Positions 9,263-21,810 of a stretch of DNA of 64,000 bases are shown one piece after another (positions within the stretch are counted from its first letter, which is position 1; each line of letters starts with the position of its first letter). The notes beneath the pieces were generated by a model. That model did not search any database. It worked only from the letters and a program-made list of their open reading frames with translations, and was not told the origin of the DNA. Origin of the DNA: Diplonema japonicum (Eukaryota > Protista > Euglenozoa: Diplonemea); assembly GCA_964019335.1 (NCBI GenBank), contig OZ025744.1, positions 1 through 64,000 of the forward strand, read 5' to 3'. Made by a program: the position numbers and the translations under genes.

Positions 9263-12200
9263 TCAGCGCGGAGGGCTGCCATGACTGGCGTTGCCGCTTA
9301 GTGCTGAGTACCAAAGATGGCGTTCTGCAGGGTTTGCAAAGGCGAAAAGAAAGGTGCGTTGGCTCCTGCAGACCACCTTAAGTAAACACGGCACCCTAGT
9401 GTTGCCAGGAGGGCAAGAGGCTCCAGGTGGCAGCACAGCGTGCATATCTAGGCTCACTATGTCCGTGTTTTTAAAGAGAACGGACAGTTTTTTCGTCTGC
9501 CCAGAGTGGTAGCAAAGCATGTTCCTGCGGTAAGCCAAAAGCCGCTGATGCCATGTAGCGCACACACCCCAAGCCACACTTACCTTTCCGTAGCACTCGC
9601 ACTCACTTAAGCCGAGAGAACCGGGGCTCCCAACAGACACAGGACTCTGCGCGGGACTCCCCAAAACTGGACTCTCCATGGTCACAGGGCTTCCAAGAAG
9701 GCTAGGGTTAGTTACCTGCGCGTCGCTTAAGGATTCACAAGGTTCTCTATTGTCGATGCTCTCGGTGGCAGCTTCGTTCTCACATTCCTCGTACTGGCAC
9801 CATTGGTCACGTAGTGCGGGCTTCTCTTCGGCGACTGTCTGTGAGGAGTTGTCTACGTACTCAGTTTCAGGCATGACCTCCTCGGGGGGTGGCTCACTGG
9901 GGGCCACTGAAGATTCATTCTCTGGTATGTCATCCATAATATTTGCAACAGGCATAAGACTCGGTAGATCCACTGCCCTTCGTGGTGTCACCTTGGGGGT
10001 GGCCCTTGGTGTCAGTCTTGTCATGGCGTTGATGCGTCCGCCTAAATCATAAAGCTCTTGCTGGCTGCTAAGTCCACTGAGCTCCACGAGCCTACTGCCG
10101 AGGCTGACATTGCACTCGACAGGTGTCCGTTGCACGAGGGGCTGCTCGATTGGACCGCTCCGTGTGCCCTCCGTGGGTGGGCAGCTGTCGGGAGTTTCAT
10201 ACTCACCCGGCTCGTCATCGGGTGGCACATCAGACGCAAGGTCGCTCGCCTGCCGCCCCCCAAGCTGGTTTTCTTCTTCGTCCTGCATGCTTTCGCGTTC
10301 GCTCCCCATTTCGCTTTCGCAGTATGGTATGTGTATATGTGCCATCGAAGCCTCGAAGTTGCTGCACGCCTTCTGTAACTCCCTAAGGCTTCTGTTCTTG
10401 AATACATTGCAGTACTCCTTGGCGATGATTTGAACTTTGTCCATCGTCATGTCCTGCCTTGACGCCAGCACTGCGATGTACTCCAAAACCTCCGATGCAG
10501 CCTTGCGGACATCTGCTGCTGTTTCATCAGGTGCTTTTGGTGTGGGCGGTGTTATGTGTAGAGCGGCTTCAGGCAACCGTACCGAAGGTGAAACGCTTGG
10601 TGAGCGGTCTTCCGACGCAGTGGGGCTGACTGAGGACATCGCGCTGAAGTCGGTCATTCTACTGCCGCGGGCTGCGGCTTCCAAAACAGCAGGGGATGTA
10701 GGGCACTGTGTTTCTATTTTATACACGGCGGGCTTCACAAGGGACAGCACCTCTCCGTCAGCCCGAAGCTGTCCCCTGTGTGCGTATGCATATTTGAAGG
10801 AACAGCATACATAGAAACGCTCTTCTTCCTCAGCACATCCATTTCCCAGGAATCCACGGGCAGTGTGAAATGAAACGTTTCCCTCGCGATAGTCTGTGTT
10901 CCGTGTGCTTCCTAGATAAAGCCATACCTGCAGCGTGTTGCAAATCGTATTGTGATCGTTGGAGTGGAACACGCTGTCGTAGTTCTCGTCTTTCACCTTA
11001 AGCGCCATGAACCCGCCAGGCTTATTCTTGCTGGCCAGAATAAGGGAAATCTTGGTTACGTGTATACACCGCGTAACCCCTTTGCTACCACGTGACTTGT
11101 CGCACAGGTACACGCATTGGTCCGTGATAACAAGAAGCCTTTCGAGCTCCTTACCCTTGTGTGAGACCTTCCTCACCTTTTCCCAATAGTGGATGACCCC
11201 TTTGTCCAAATCGGGATACAAACCTTCAACGTCAGCAGGCATGGGCAGGATCATAAGCCCTGTACGAGGGTCAAGAGGGAACTCGTGAAAGATTCCCTTC
11301 TCGAAACTGGAGTTCTGAACTAAGCTGGTATTTACGACGTTGCGCTCGCTCCTTGGAGACATAAAGGCCTCGTCTAGCTTGTTCTCCGACTTGGTTGGGG
11401 AAAGGGGGATCATGTCCATTTGCATCTTGGGCATAACCTTTTCCATCTCGGACGTGTAAGAGTGCTTTGAGATCTCCCTCGAACCCCTTACATTTCCCAG
11501 CTTGAGGATAATATTGTCGTCCTTGAGGGACTTCCTCACGTCGAAGGGCAGATCGATAGGCAGGTTCGCCATCAACACTTCAGCCGCAAGCTGTATGTTG
11601 ACACACTGCATGAGGTACATCTTCTCTTTACCCCACGACTCATGCACCACGCCCACTATGGGCGGTGTTGCGTACCGTATCAGTTGCAAGAACTCTAAAT
11701 ACAATACATGGAGCAGCACACGCCCCTCAAGGTTCATCACCCACATGGACACGGGGGTTAATAGGATCACAACTTGAACCAACACACCCTCATTCTTGAA
11801 GCACCCTGCACCACGGGCACTAAACAGCACTTTTCCTTCTCCAACCTCCTCAAGCTTCCTCGTCACGCTCTTGTTCTCTGAAAGCTGCAACGAGTCGTAA
11901 TCTCCGGCCTGCATTGCACATTGTCCCTTCCTAATAATAAACATGTATAAAATGATGCAGGTTTCCCAGCCGAAAACAAATAAAGGAGAGAAAATATCTA
12001 TAGGGGTATCTAGGGGTACAGAACATCAATCAAGCAGACCTGCAAGCGGCTGGATAGGCCTCGGGCAGCGGGAGGGCGGAGTATCACAAGGAGACGCCAT
12101 GCACTGCACCAGCTCGTCGTCGGTGGCGTCAGACCTTCGATAGAATAGAAAGAGAAAAAGGGACTTCATACCTAACACTTATCGGAGTCGTAGCTGGGTA

Positions 12201-12329
12201 TGACTTCCCAGGGGTAAACGCAGCGGATCTCAGTGTACCTTTCCACTGTGGGTTCACAGGGGTGTTCGAAGGGGAAAGCCGCTTCTCCCTCAGAGGTGTG
12301 TTCAGGATGTTGGGGTCGACCTCTTGCAT
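9263..12329 (-). CDS. Multi-exon protein with PH-like domains and S/P/E-rich linkers
   Basis: 893 aa ORF with KVRKVSHKGKELERLLVITDQCVYL and a C-terminal FLFAFANPAERHLWYSAL. Introns 10894..10927 and 10776..10810. Probable upstream exon from ATG 12329 (intron 12135..12171); 5' structure uncertain. Confidence 0.6.
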
Positions 12330-12401
12330 ATTATTGGACCTGTGAGAACCGTTGTTTTATACGATTAGAAAAATCCAACAACTTAAAAAAAAAAAAACTC
12401 G

Positions 12402-13421
12402 TCATTTCCCCCAATCCTCTGCATTATGGACGGGAATGTATGCGGAACTGGAATAGTGATGCTGCCACTGGCCTTCTTGAAGGACGGTGCTGCTGTTGAT
12501 CATACATATAAGGAGGATGAAGAAACTGTTGACGATGCCCCTTGAGGGACGTGGAATGCCTAACACTTCCATGACCCACTCAAGGTCCTCGAACACGTGA
12601 TGGTCGAACCTTTGGAAGGAGGGTGGGTAGGTACGGATCACACTGCGGACGGGGTTTGATCGGCTGGTGGGGGAGATGCCCTTCCAGTGCAGGGCGAGGG
12701 GCACTACAACATCGCTGATGTAGTACCCGAGAATGTCATTTTCGAAGTATTCTTCAAGCCCAAAATGGATAGCTGACAGGAGAATGGTCTTGACCTGTGC
12801 CTTGCACGGTAGCTTGTTGTACATGTACAGCGACGGTTCCACTTTGGACCATGTTGCCCGGACACCTAATACAAACTGCGAGACTCTCGTGTACCTGCAG
12901 GCATGCCTCAGGGTGGAATCATCTATAGTTTTCTTCACATTAACGTCTTCCTCTTCCCAACAGAACTTCAAGCCCTTCACACCGTTCAGCGTGAAGACCA
13001 GACGAAGGTAGCTCTCAGGCTTGTCTCCCGTTTTTTGCTCGCACTGAATATCCTCTGTCTCGGTCTTTTCCCATTGCACCATGCGAACAGTCGCTGGCGA
13101 TAGCAGGTCGGCGCCTTCCGTGATGCCCTCCATAAGTAAGTTCTTTCCTTTGTCTTCCTTCCCTGGACTCATCAATTCCTTCACCAGGCTCAAGTCTTCC
13201 GGTGTCAGGCCGCTCTCTAAATGAAATTCTCTCATGTGCTCTTCCCCGAACTCCTTCGCCCAGTACTCACCCCCGTTCGCTGCGTAGTCTATTTGGATAA
13301 ACCCCGAATTCTCCACAAATTCTTGTCCCACCCTGCGCTTCTTCGGTTGGACGCCTCTGACCTCGTTCTCCAGCTGCTCCCAACATGAGCTGCTTACCTT
13401 CCTATGTCCTCCCCTTGTCAT
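12402..13421 (-). CDS. Hypothetical protein
   Basis: ~340 aa ORF with coding-like composition; no family recognised. Confidence 0.65.
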   Translation of the reverse strand: MTRGGHRKVSSSCWEQLENEVRGVQPKKRRVGQEFVENSGFIQIDYAANGGEYWAKEFGEEHMREFHLESGLTPEDLSLVKELMSPGKEDKGKNLLMEGITEGADLLSPATVRMVQWEKTETEDIQCEQKTGDKPESYLRLVFTLNGVKGLKFCWEEEDVNVKKTIDDSTLRHACRYTRVSQFVLGVRATWSKVEPSLYMYNKLPCKAQVKTILLSAIHFGLEEYFENDILGYYISDVVVPLALHWKGISPTSRSNPVRSVIRTYPPSFQRFDHHVFEDLEWVMEVLGIPRPSRGIVNSFFILLICMINSSTVLQEGQWQHHYSSSAYIPVHNAEDWGK

Positions 13422-13639
13422 TTTCTTTTTCTTTTTTTTTCTTTCCCTTCTGTCCTCCCTAATATCCCTTTTAATATCTCTCAACAAAAAAGAGGGGGAG
13501 GGGGATCAACTAAAAAACGAAAAAACAAGACAATGGAAGAAAAAAAAAAGGGGACAGAAAGAAAAAAAAAACCCCCCAAGGAACCTAAACTAATACAAAA
13601 AAGGCTCTTTTCACCCCCCCCCCCCCTTTTTTTTCTCTT

Positions 13640-16600
13640 TTACCGCTCGAAATGCACCTGAGCAATGTGTCCGGTGATGGTGAAGAAGTGATAAGCCGCC
13701 CTGCTCTCGTCGCTGTCGAGCATAACATGTTGAGTGATGTTGCAAGTCAGCAGTGCGTTGCCCTGCATGGAGTGCACAATCCTGCGGATCACGTGGTGTG
13801 CCTCAATGGTCTGGTAATGGAAGAAAGTGCCCAGTCCGCCTTGGTAAGTGTTGCTGCTATGTACTTTTTCCGTCTCTCGAAGGAAGTGGTGAGATAGATA
13901 ACCGAGGTACTTAACAATGCTCGCCCCTGCCACGTAGTCCATCGGTGTGATGGTGACGCTGTGCGTGTCGGGCTCGTTCATAATTCCCTGTGTGTGAGCT
14001 ATAGAAAGACGTAACAAAAACACACCTTAGAAAGTTCCTGTGTCATGACATAACTCTCTCCCCTCTCCAACACCCTCGCACACGGTGATACTGCAGCAGG
14101 TGTGATGGTGTCGTAGCTGAAGCAGAATGGTGACATCGCCTGTATTTTGTAATAAAAAAAAACCCCATGTGCACCATACCTGTAGATAAGGTGTCTCCCA
14201 CTTGTCTATTTTCGAGTATCTCGTTAACTTCTTGCTCTTTCTCTTTGTGACGGGTGACATTGGATCGAATTCTTCAAACTCGCCGAACACATCACTCGTG
14301 TTCGTGCCTTGTCGCTTCAAACCACCGTCATCAGCCTCGTCCGGTCGCGTCATGAGCCCTGTGAGGAGCTGCTTGGGTCGCTTCGGAGACGATTTCCTTG
14401 TCGGCGACGCTGGCGGTAGCCCTGAGTCACACCTATACATTGTTCTGAAGTCCTCAACAGCGCTTCCGGACAGTCTCTTCTTCCCTTCTCTGCCCCTGAG
14501 TGAGTTCCTGTCTTGAGGGAGATGCATTGGCGAGTGCCCGCCCTCCCTCAGCTTCCCCCTCGAAGTTCCTTTCCGTCTCAAAAAGACTCTTGTTTCTGCT
14601 GTCGCGGGAACAAGGCCGCTCCAGCTGTTCCGTTCCAGAGGCATCTCAGTCTCGCCGCTCTCTTCGACCAGTAGCCTGTACTTGCCCCGTTTTGTCATCG
14701 CACCGTAAATCGACCACATGTACGGGTCGCGTGCTGGCTCGTCATCGTTTGTTTGCAGCTGCACCTCCGTCACGTTGATGGGCTCCGGAAGCCGAAGAAA
14801 CTGCGGCTGGTCGAGCTTGAGCTCCAAACGCGCCGTCACGAAGTCAGTCGGCACGCCATCCTGCAGGTAGTGCACTTTTAAGGCTCCGATGAAACATTTT
14901 TCGTACCTGCCTTCCCTCATCTGCGTCACGGAAAGCCTCAGGAACATTACTTTCCCGTCGGCGTGCAGCTCTCTCTTGTAGTAATGATGCTGTTCCATTT
15001 CAGAAAGGAACGAGGACAGGCTGCCCTTGTACCACGCGCTGTTGTTGTGCGGTGTGAGCAGCACCCCCATGATGCGCAGGTTGATATCGTTGTCGCTGGC
15101 AAAACTGACTTCAGACTTGTACGATGCTAGCACGCAGTCGCTGGGAGAACAGAGCTGGCTAGCCACCTTGTGGCGCAACACGCTGTACATGTGCTTGAAG
15201 AGGTCATTGATCCTGTGCAGCGAATGGTGGGAGTGGAATTCGAACCTACGCTGTATTGTGATGGTGTGACTGGGAACGAGGTTCACGGGCGAGGCGCTGA
15301 AGGTGTCGAGATTGATGATGGTGCACTCGTCATCAGGAGCTGCGGCGTCTTTATCTATAGCCGGCTCCTCGATGTCCACCACGTAAGGCTTCACCCTGCT
15401 GTTGTGCGACCCCGACACCGCAAAGTGGTCCTCCGACCCCGACTGCGATGAGGACTCGCTGCTGTTGCTTGAGCTGCTGGACGAATCGCTGCTTTCGTCC
15501 TCACTTTCGCTTGGGGATGACGTGCCCGGTCCGGCTGTGGGGCTCCCCTTGTCGTCCTCTAACTCAACTGTCATCTCTGGCAGGTCAGACGTCCTGTCTT
15601 TCGGCGATATTCTGCATGACACGGCTGCGTTGAAATAGTCTAGGTTTAAGACGCTGGACTTTAAACTCACCTGTGTTGTTTCTTCCCCTTTCAGTGCTAT
15701 ATGCATACTTCAAGCACACGGTGTGTCTGGTTCTCCTCATGCACCAATGGGAGGCAAGGGATATGAACAGCTGTCGCTGTTGCCGTCGCGATAGCAAACA
15801 AGGCACCGACCCGGATATCAACACGCAGACCAAAGGCGGCGTTGTATCCATTCTTTTGCACCTTTTTTTTTTTAAACAAAGATTTTCAATACATTTTTTA
15901 ATTTTCATACTTTGTGGATGAGTTCTCTGTGCACATTGTACTCCAAGTGCGGAAGTGCTTTACTCACCTCAATTGCCAAGGACTCTCCGCTGCTGGAATC
16001 CTTCTTCTTCACATAGCGGGCTTCTACCAATCGGGGTGTACCCTCGACAGGCATGTCTGGGGGAATCTCCATGTTCGCGAGTAAGAAAGCAGGAACAGGC
16101 TTTTTCTTGCAGTTAAGACACTTGACGAGGACATTCTCACCGGCACCTGCGGCCATCTTAACGTCTGTGGTCGGGATGTGCGCTATGCGGCACCAGTCTC
16201 GCTTCTTCGAGTCGCCCTGTTGCTTACCATATTGCTTCTTCAGCACCTTTGGTATCGGCCACATGAAGGCGCCCCAGTCGGCGATGACGGCCGTTCCCGA
16301 TGCTGACAAGATGCAGATATCCTCGTGGAAGGCGGTGGCTTCCGTGTACCCTACAACCGCGTTGCAACAGAAATGCCTCGCGTTTGCTTTGATCTCCTCT
16401 CTGATCTCCTGCCACCAGGAGTCCCTCTCCTGCACCACGGCCTTCGTTTTGAGCTGCGTGATCAGCTTGATGGACCTGGCGGACACCACACCACCTACCC
16501 TCTTGACAACGTTGCACGGCAAGCTTTTTATTGTGAGAAGCTTTGTGTTTTCCTTCATTAGCTGGTGCAGGTTCCGCATGTGTCGTCTCCGCCGCGTGTC

Positions 16601-17500
16601 TTGGTACATGGCAGGGTGCTCCAGAAGGTCTTCCGGACCGGAGCCAGTAGGAGACTTGCTTGAGTCTTCCTTGACGACCTTGGAGATCTGGCAGCACGTG
16701 CCGTATGCGCGTATGATGATGTTGCCGCCGGACGGCTCAAGGTCGTATTGCTCTTTGAAACCGAGGATGCAGTTGCAGCCGTGCTCGATGGTCTTTTTGG
16801 CCAACATGCGTCGGACGTTGCCCGATGCCTTGAAGAACTGGAGGATACGTTGGTCGTTGGTGATCCTGCTGGAACGGAGGGACTGGAGACGCGCGTGTTC
16901 CGGATCATGTCGAAGGGCAAGCTCCTCCACCATACCGACAACCTTCACAACCCTGTAGATGGCGGGGTCTAACCTGCTGACAGCGAAGATCATCACGCTC
17001 TCTGTTTCCGCGGCAATGGAAGCGACCTTAGGCTCCTGACGTTCGTCCTTAACATCGCTGTCCTTGCACTCGGGGATCCATGGGATGAAGGGGTTGGCGT
17101 TCTGGGCTCCATACATGAACTTGATGTGGACAGAGAGGAAGAGCTCCCCACGTAGCCCGCGCATGCTGTCGAAGATAGGGAACCATGCCGCAAGCTGGGG
17201 CTGGTCGGTGCACAGCAGCACGTTGAGGTCAAGGAACACGGTTCCGATGACATCGTCTGCAGTCCACTTGTCATGGTCCCACACCTTCACTTCAAAGGGG
17301 TCCTCCTGCAGCTCTGCATAGTCGGCAATGTCGAAGGTCACCGACTCGTTCCACTGCGGGTTCAACGTCCTCTTTGCGATGCGTGTTTTCTTCGTCTGAT
17401 CGCAGTGCTTTACCTGCACATACGCATCTGTCAAGTGTGACTGGCTATCCATGATCGGCAGGTCTCTCGCCGCACTTATTTTAATCTTTACTGTTGCCAT
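13640..17500 (-). CDS. C2CD5: C2 domain-containing protein 5-like (C2 + YbjQ-like domains), 5 exons
   Basis: N-terminal C2 (ARDLPIMD…TDAYV…TLNPQWN…VWDHD), ERDSWWQEIREEIKANA, CNAVVGYTE. Introns 15862..15910, 15671..15708, 14140..14179 and 13988..14025 join the ORF pieces in frame. Confidence 0.8.
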
Positions 17501-18375
17501 GCTTGCGTTCCGCCCCTTTCTTCTTTTTTTTTCTTTTTAAATCCCCAACCTTATGTGTGTTGCTATCTTTTAAAAATTGGTTGGTGGGGGGGGGGGGGGG
17601 GGGGGGAAGGAGGAAATAATGGGAAAAAGTCAATGTGTACTCCCCCCCTTCCCCCTACTAGTCATAAAATGGTCAAATTCGCACGCCCCTACTTTTTTCT
17701 TTTGGATGGTTTTCTTTTTTTTTTTTTTTTTTGAAATCTTTGCTGAACCGGAACACAGAATAACATTCTGTTTAAGGATTTTCTTTAGCTAAGAGAGGTC
17801 AAATTTTCTTGAGCATTATTATGAAAGGTGGGGTCAAACTACCGAGGGTTTCCTTTTTTTTCCACAGAAGTACACTTGAGCATTTATGGAAAGTAGGGGT
17901 TCGTGGTGACAGTTTCCTACAACAAAAAATAGAAGAGAGAAGAGAAAAGTCCTCAAAGGAGGGGTGGGTGGGTTTGAAAGGTGTCGGGGAAGGGGGGTGA
18001 ACCACTTTAAAGTAAGAAAGTTAAAAAAAGAAGTATGTGTCAAATAAAAAATGTTTAAAAAGTAGGGGGGGGGGGGGGGGGGGGGGGTAAGGAGTGAAAA
18101 AGCCAAGTTATGTCAAATTTGTTAGAATTCATATTGTTTCTTTCTGAGATTTTGGTTTCTGTTGATAAAGCCATATGTACATGTATTTTTAATTGTTTTT
18201 TTTTTTCTTTCCCTTTTTTCTTTTTTTCCAAGTCGCCAGAAAACTAAAAACCTAAGATCTCTCGAAAAGAAAAAAAATATGAAAGAAAGCAACTTGTTTT
18301 CCTGTGGTTTTCTTTTTCTTTTTCTTCTTTCCTTTCCTATCGCAAATAAGTAAAAGTGAGTTATGAAAAACAAGT

Positions 18376-18575
18376 NNNNNNNNNNNNNNNNNNNNNNNNN
18401 NNNNNNNNNNNNNNNNNNNNNNNNNNNNNNNNNNNNNNNNNNNNNNNNNNNNNNNNNNNNNNNNNNNNNNNNNNNNNNNNNNNNNNNNNNNNNNNNNNNN
18501 NNNNNNNNNNNNNNNNNNNNNNNNNNNNNNNNNNNNNNNNNNNNNNNNNNNNNNNNNNNNNNNNNNNNNNNNNNN
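18376..18575. other. Assembly gap (200 N)
   Basis: Run of N that truncates the NB-ARC/WD40 gene. Confidence 1.
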
Positions 18576-21500
18576 CCACAGCACCACCACACCGTTCTCA
18601 TACCCGCTCACAATGTAGTCCTTGTAGAACCCCACACACGTGCAAGGGATCCCCTCGAACGCCACCTTGCTGGTGATCTGCCTCAGCCACAGGAAATGCT
18701 TGTCGTGCGGGGTCGCTGGTCTAGACTGTTCCTGCAGACCGGAGCAGAAGTCCTTCAGTTCCTGCGACGAGCTGCAGGACAGACGGTTCACCAGCTGCGG
18801 CACAAGCTCCCAAGGGTGCCTCCTCAACGCGGCAACGGCTCCCTTCAGAGCTGACTTAATGTCCTGTGCGCCCTTCGAGGTGCCGCCGTACTTGCCGTAG
18901 TCAGCGAGAAGCTTGTCGATCTTGCACGAATCGTGCACAGCTACAACCCACTGAGGAGATTCGAAGAGCTTGGCAGTGAGCTCGGGGGCGATGGCATGCA
19001 GATGCCCTGCGCCATGAGCATGGAAGTAGCCATCCCAGCCTATCTGCAGCCACCTCTCAGGTTCCATGTTGTCCTCAGGGATCCCGTTGTGCTGCCTGTA
19101 CAGCTCGATGACTTCGGCGTCAGAGTTAGTAGAGAGCTTCTTCAGGTACTTAGCGATCAAAGGATGCAGCAGCAGAGAGTAGTCCTCCTCTAGGACAAGC
19201 CTCCCCATCCCGCAATCCAGTATCTGCGCCAGTACAGCATACAGCTTGTTCCAATCGATCCCACCGATCTCGCTGTGCCACAAAGTGAGGAGCGCAGGGA
19301 TTGACACAGCACGCTTCGGGGGGATGCATGCAAGCTTCTTCAAGCACGTCGCAGTGAGCTCGGGTGTAGCATCCAGCAGGATTTCCATCAGCTTGTCCAT
19401 GTCACCATCAGTTTCCGACACGTCTTTGCTGAGCTTTTCCCACTTCGCGCTGTCGGCGCCACGCATGGCAGACCCCAGCATCACGGCGTGGAGGGGGAGA
19501 GACTGGTATACCTTGCAGATAGATGTGGCCACCTCGGGGAGGTCAGCAGGCCCCAGTAGGCCTGCGGACGAAGAAAGGAGCTTGTTGCATTCTTCTTCAG
19601 TCAGTCTCGGAACATTGACAGTGTGCATGCAGGCATCTGCCACCTCCTTCGACGTGGTTGTGAGCAATACTGCCGTCATGGGCTTTTCGTTCTCGTTGGA
19701 TCCGATGGCGTCTACAATCCTGTGCACGTCGGAAGCGCAAGCGACATCGTCGACAAGGATGAGGCACTTGAGCCCAGCGAAGTGCTTTCCCAAGTAGTAG
19801 GTTCCATTCTCGTACGTCTGGAGCATGCCTTCAAAACCGCAGGCATGCCTTGCAAGTGTCTGCTGCATGTTGCTGATGAAACGCGTCCCCCCCGCCTCAA
19901 GGTTCTCCAGCGTGTCCCTCAAGCAGAAGTAATGAATGCCGTCCGAGAAGCTATCGAGGCTCTCCTTCGTCCACGCCACGCTTAGCATCATCGACGCCTT
20001 CCCGACGCCCTTGTCGCCGTAGAGTGCTACGGTGACGTGCTTGCGCTCCGCAGGCTTCACGAAGCCAACGATTTCATTCTTCAGGCCCTCCCTCTTGCAC
20101 TCATGCATGTACGCGGGGGTCTCGGGCGTGTCGCGTGGTCGGACAGCTTTCTGTACGGCCATAGCCATCTTGACACACCCTTGGTGGTAGGCAGGGTCGT
20201 TCAGCGGGTCCTTTAGTAGCAGCCTGACCTTCTTCGATAGGAAGCGGTAGATGGAGTCGACTGTCATGTCGCCGCAGTGGAACGGGCAGATTTCCAAGTC
20301 ACCCGACGTGACAGGCGCCACCGTGGGCATCATCCCGAAGCCGCCACCCATTCCTCCCTGTAGTGTGGTGGATCCGTGCATCACAAGCATACCAAGCCCT
20401 TGTTCGACAGACTCTTCCACAGTTCTGCGTTAGGGTCACGCTTCTCGACCTCTTTCAGCCCCGCAAGGAGGAAGTGCACGAAAGGCCCGTTGCGGATCTT
20501 GGAGGGCTTCTCAGTCTTGTCCAGCTGCAGCTCTGCTGACATCTCCCTCGGCATAGAGTCGGGTCTCGTCATACCCACGACAGAGCACTGTGTTTATGCT
20601 GTACGAAGAAAACGATTTGCATACCCTCTGGCTGTTTACGATCCCTGACATAACACCTGTTCTTCGCAGGAGCTCCGACATGGGGACGGGCTTCCCGGGG
20701 TTGGGCAGGTCTTCACCGTCGTCGAACTTGATGTCATCCTCACCAGTGTGCACAACGTCTGTGAGCAATAAAGACAATAGGGTGAGGCAGCCATACCAAG
20801 GATCACAAAAAGCTGCCTGAAAGGGATATCAGAGACTTTGTTAATGAGCTCGACCATGTCGATCCACACGGCATCCATCTCCACTGCGGTGGTGGGTGGT
20901 GGGGTGCTATAATACATACTGTCTTGTCGCATGAGGAACTCAAGCGTTTCGCTCTTCTGGTTTGCGTAGGTAGTGACACGCACCTTGGTTGCTAAGTACA
21001 GCAGGCAGTTCTCCCAATTAGCTGGGTTGGGCTTCTTGCGGGTCGCGTCGTCATATCTGCCATCCTTCAAGCTGCGGAGGAGAGTCGCAAGGTTCAGCCT
21101 TGTGGGGAGCGTGGTGTTTTCGGTGACCGACTTATGCGATTTGTAGTCCTGCAGCGTGAAGGTGCGGTAGTCGAGCTTGGCCATCGCCTCCGACAAGTCT
21201 CTGGCGTCAATGCCGCACCTTGAGTTCTTCTTGTTCTCCTTTTGCGGCGTTGGGTCTTCGATGCCAAGGAAGATGCCCAAGTGGGGTTCCCTCGGGACCT
21301 CCTGGTGCTGTGCCAATATCTGCTCGGGTGTCAACAACTTCTGCTCTTCTTCAGAGTCGCTGTCGCTGTTTTCCTGCTTGTCAGCGTAGCGCTTCACAGC
21401 GGCAGCAACCTTCGACTTCCCTTGCATCTCAATAGGCAGGTCTTTCTTCTGAAGCGGCTCAAGATTCTGTTTTGTTTTTGTGTAGTAGTAACAGTTACAG

Positions 21501-21727
21501 TGCAGGCATACCCACTTGACGCGTCTCATCTTCCTCGGCTTCCTTCCCTGTGTTTCCGCCCCATCCTGTCCTGCCGTGGCCTTGTTCTTGGCGAACAGCA
21601 CTATGAGGAACGGAACAGTGACGATCAGGATAAAGACAAACGCGAACACCATCAACGCTGTGGGCAGCCAGGCCGACATGTCCCCGATGACGGACAGCAC
21701 CACCTTCGTGAACTCATCTGCGTCCAT
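18576..21727 (-). CDS. TM + inactive caspase-like (peptidase C14) + NB-ARC + Apaf-1 helical + WD40 STAND protein (3' end in gap)
   Basis: Exons 21727-21512, 21466-20797, 20758-20625, 20587-20393 and 20357-gap, joined by GTATG..CAG introns, give ~1000 aa in frame. Motifs: GDKGVGKAS, FSDGIHYF, CLILVDDV, LLTTT, QSLPL, LLLHPL, DGYFHAH…HL, IVSGYENGVVVLW. Confidence 0.8.
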
Positions 21728-21810
21728 TGGTTTGTCACCTCCACCTTTTCTTTTTGTGTCCTTTTTTCCCTCTTTCCTGTTCTTTTTTTTTTTTTTTTTT
21801 TTTTTTTAAA

